From contig CM106586.1 of assembly GCA_048013815.1 (NCBI GenBank), positions 13,392,001 through 13,456,000 on the forward strand: a stretch of DNA of 64,000 nucleotides, in the 5' to 3' direction. Positions 60,431-64,000 of the stretch are shown piece by piece (position 1 is the first letter of the stretch; every line of letters begins with the position of its first letter). A program made the position numbers and the translations under genes. A model generated the notes under the pieces. It was not told the DNA's origin. It was given only the letters and a program-made list of their open reading frames with translations, and made no database searches. The stretch is from Setoptus koraiensis. Its lineage: Eukaryota; Animalia; Arthropoda.

Positions 60431-61919
60431 CCTGATAGTGCGTTGCGCAACGAGCCACGAAACGACACGGTGATATATGGACACGATGAAACTACTCAAA
60501 AGACAGACGCGCTCTCGTTGTTGACGGCTGCGAAATCTCGCCGGCCAGTCGGCGCTGCCGCTTTCTTTGCAGGGGCCCAAGTGTCCGACTAAAAAATGTT
60601 TCGCTCTCTCTCTCGCTCGTGTAACTTGGCGCAATTTCGACTTCACCACGCCGCGTATATAAATAGATACACAGTGGCGGCGAGAACATTGTAGCGACAA
60701 GTGCAGCGGGCAGCCTGTCTTGTTGTTTGCACGTCGCGCCCATCGGCAAACGGCCAACGGCAAACGGATTCATATTAATATAATATTAATCAAACTCCAC
60801 ATGTATCCAGCATCTAGGCACCATGTCAGTGCCAGTCACACACACACACACACAGACTGAATCTTGGCCGGTTACGTAAGTAGCCGTTGTTTGTATTAGT
60901 GTGTTTGTGCAGTGTTGATTTTAGACTCACTGCAAACGCGATTTGTTTGGCTTATTCAATATGTTTTGCGTTCGCTTGTTGGCGTCAGCTTAGCCAGTCA
61001 GATTAACAGTGTGACTGTTGCCATCTCTCTGTCTGCTTTCTTCCATTTTCGTCTCAAATGCCACAACAAATGCTCGCAAACTAAACTGATTCGCCCACGC
61101 CAAAAAGTGAGCGACTTTGTGTGGGCGATGGCCCCAAAAATCACCTATTTTTGTGCGGCGAGGACCCGCCAGGCGGCAGCCATTTAAGCGAGGCCGCAGC
61201 GCGATTGTGCCGCTCAACAACCAACAACAAGCTCCAGATTATATCTTAATGCATTATATCGCACAAACAAAAACAACAATCTCATGTTCGGATGCAAATG
61301 AATTAATCTTGACACACAAAATAACTTTGCAATAGCAACAAACATGCAACTTCGCTTGAGCTCACCATCAAACTAAATATAAACTATTATGTAAACTCAC
61401 CATTGTAAGTGCTCCAATTAGTTGTCACCTCACAGCACCACATGGCGTTATAATGAAATGATGATGCAAATGGATGTGTGCCCAAATTGACTCTGTTTCA
61501 ACACTTTCGCTTGAACACTAGATCACTTGAGAGCAGAGGTCATTCATTAAGTCAACTGCTCTCGTCTAATATACATGTATGTATACATGTATATATGTAG
61601 AGGCACATTTGTTGTGCATTTATTTTCATTTGACGGCAACTCGCAAACGACGATTGTTGCCATTGAGTGACTGTCACTGAATTATTCGCATCATTTGCAT
61701 CAAATCAAGTTAGATTTGTCGTGCGAGGTCGCGACAAGCGCAACTTGTCTAGCGCGTTGACGTAACTTTGGTTTAGGCACCAGCTAACTAACAGCTTAAA
61801 CACCCAGGGCGTGGATACATTATTAATGAGGCCGCAATAAATTTTCGTTGTGCTTTTTTCAATTCGTTTCTCGCTTGTAACCAGCTTGTATGGTGCCGAC
61901 TGTCTCTGTCTGCCTCTCA

Positions 61920-61954
<35 letters not shown>

Positions 61955-64000
61955 GTCTGTGTCGATACAAGTTGGGCCGGGGCAAATTATATATGCATTG
62001 TATGTATTTATGCACGCTTGTTACTCGTGCAAAATGGATTCAGATATTCGCGCGGCTATTGCAAGTGAGCGGCGAGCGGGGCCAGGCAATGCCAACTATC
62101 ATTCGACTCCCTATCCGTTGTCTGGCGTGATGTTTCGTACTGGGCCCATTCTATCAACATCAGCAATCGAACCCATTGGGCTCAAAGGGGCGCCTGCCCT
62201 AACAAGTGGCCCCGCCAACAATAAAGACTCGACGTGGTGTGCAGCCGTGGGGCCAAGACCAATTTTGGGAGAATGGTCACAATCATATTATATTGCTCTC
62301 CAGTGGTGGATTTGATAGCCACAGCAACTTGGCCAGGGATAGAGTGACTCGTTAGCGAGAGCACTCTTGTGTCACACATTCTCTCTCTCTCACTCTATGT
62401 TTGCCGATATCCATCCCACTTAATGGTGGCCCCTTTGAGCTCTTTGTTAGGGCGTCCATCTAATGATGATCCAGCGATTCTTTTAGGCAAAACTTGCCGG
62501 CAGCCGCAATAGTGGTCGTCGTTAATGTCGCCATTGCTGCGTGGTTGTTGTTAAATCATTACGCAAGTGTATGCCACTGATGTGTCTTGCTGATGATCGT
62601 GGCGCCTTTTTACAATAAAACAGTCATAATAATATAGGTGACGTACATGGCAATAATCATATACAACAACAACGACAAGTACATGTTTATACTATCGGCT
62701 AGACAATGATAACTTGAAGTGGTTGTTGTGGGCCCGCCAACTACACTAACTGTATTTAACCAGCTTATCTACACTCATTACTGATTGTATTATTCAGCGT
62801 GTTTGCAGCTCGCAATGATCACATAACTGAACTCTTCTAATGAATAGATACATATATGCACATTTATGTGTATGATTATAACCGGCCCCATGCAATCATT
62901 GTTTGTGACTTTGGTTGGCTGGCTGGCTGGCTGACTGGCCGCTGGCCCGCTGACCAGAGCCATAGATCAAATCTCGAACATACATACATCATCGCTTGAC
63001 ACGTTACTGTTGCTGTTGCGGTTATTGTTGTGGCTGGTGGTTGTATAAATCGTAATAGATGTCGTGTGTAACTATGTGTATGTATAGCGACCTTGAATTA
63101 GTTGCCAAATCTCCCTCATTGCGCTATTGTGTGGTCACGCATGGCTAAAATATTATGGCCGACAACGCAATAGCTGCAAAACACACACACACATAGAAAT
63201 TAATGATCATCGATACTATTGAAAGCGGCTGTGTGCATAGGTTAGCTGCTGGCTTGCCGGCTTGGGGCCCATTTCAGCATCAGTTAATCATATTGAACTG
63301 TTTCGCGCCAAAACCAACTAGCTCGCGTTCTCTTATTAGCAAAGGTACCATGACAAACAACAGCGACAACAACAAAATATATTGTGTGTGCCCGCGATAA
63401 TGGTCACATCATTTCCTTGTTCACTACTATCTAACGTCGCCACTCATTCATGATCTGTAATGTATTCATGGCATCACCTAGGCACCGCCAGACAACGTAA
63501 TCATCATCATCATCATCATCATTACATAACCGACATTGTTGCATGCTTATGAGTCACTACACACCATGTAGTGACATTTATTGGCTAGATGATTTCGATC
63601 AACAGAAATACTCATCGCAATAACCATGTGTATGTGCTCTGGAAGTACTTTGCGTGAGCGGCTTGAGAAGACCCAAGTAATAATGATAATATTCTGGCGA
63701 CAAAAGCATTGCCAGCATCCCCTGCATCGTGAGCAGATGATCCACTATGCAAAATACTTGTCTGGCGAATATGACGACTTGCTTATACACCTAAACTCAC
63801 TGGCAACTGGCTGTGCAATAAGCCCATTGATAGTCGCTTGTGTAGCTTCGAGCCAACCACGTACACTAGCCACTTCACTAAGCCTCTTGTTTGTGTTCCG
63901 TACACAAATTATAAAATACGCAAATAAGAGGATCAACCGAGCTAATCCATAATTCAACCATAACCAATGTCACTAGGCTATGCGTGAAAGAGAGAGAGAG

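Noticed and set aside
62100-62223. LSVVWRDVSY resembles the start of an ABCG nucleotide-binding domain
   Set aside because: The frame is bounded by stops, and no Walker A follows.
63590-63952. About 120-codon open frame near the window end
   Set aside because: No recognisable homology, and the acceptor at 63605 is not phase 0, so it cannot directly follow the 59914 donor; left uncalled.
1-64000. tRNA, rRNA, CRISPR arrays and intact transposase or reverse-transcriptase genes
   Set aside because: The GTTCGA/TCGAAC hits checked lacked a T-stem; the tandem repeats have no unique spacers; no DDE or RT motifs were seen in the ORF track.

Overview
Eukaryotic (arthropod-like, possibly an acariform mite; this is inferred from intron-poor genes and the CAA/GTT-microsatellite, GGCC-rich style, not verified) 64 kb window with few genes. 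Two genes are clear. One is a type-B muscarinic acetylcholine receptor on the + strand, encoded by one uninterrupted frame of about 7.85 kb (35831-43684, about 2,600 aa) with an N-terminus of about 1,085 aa and a third intracellular loop of about 1,230 aa. The other is an intronless DGAT1 on the - strand (43947-45503), tail-to-tail and 262 bp away. A probable first coding exon of a third, secreted or membrane protein gene lies at 59243-59914. The first 35 kb has no recognisable gene. It holds microsatellites, many unrelated minisatellites, several near-perfect short hairpins, a dispersed inverted-repeat pair and an AT-rich island with decayed coding-like sequence (weakly F-box/LRR-like). A second AT-rich island at 53.0-54.5 kb has direct repeats and a frameshifted bZIP-like ORF. 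No tRNA, rRNA, CRISPR or intact transposon was seen. The best candidate for novelty is the giant receptor: a possible signal-anchor, furin sites, a mucin-like stalk and an altered ligand pocket (D3.32-H3.33). All work was by eye, with no database searches or structure predictions run.
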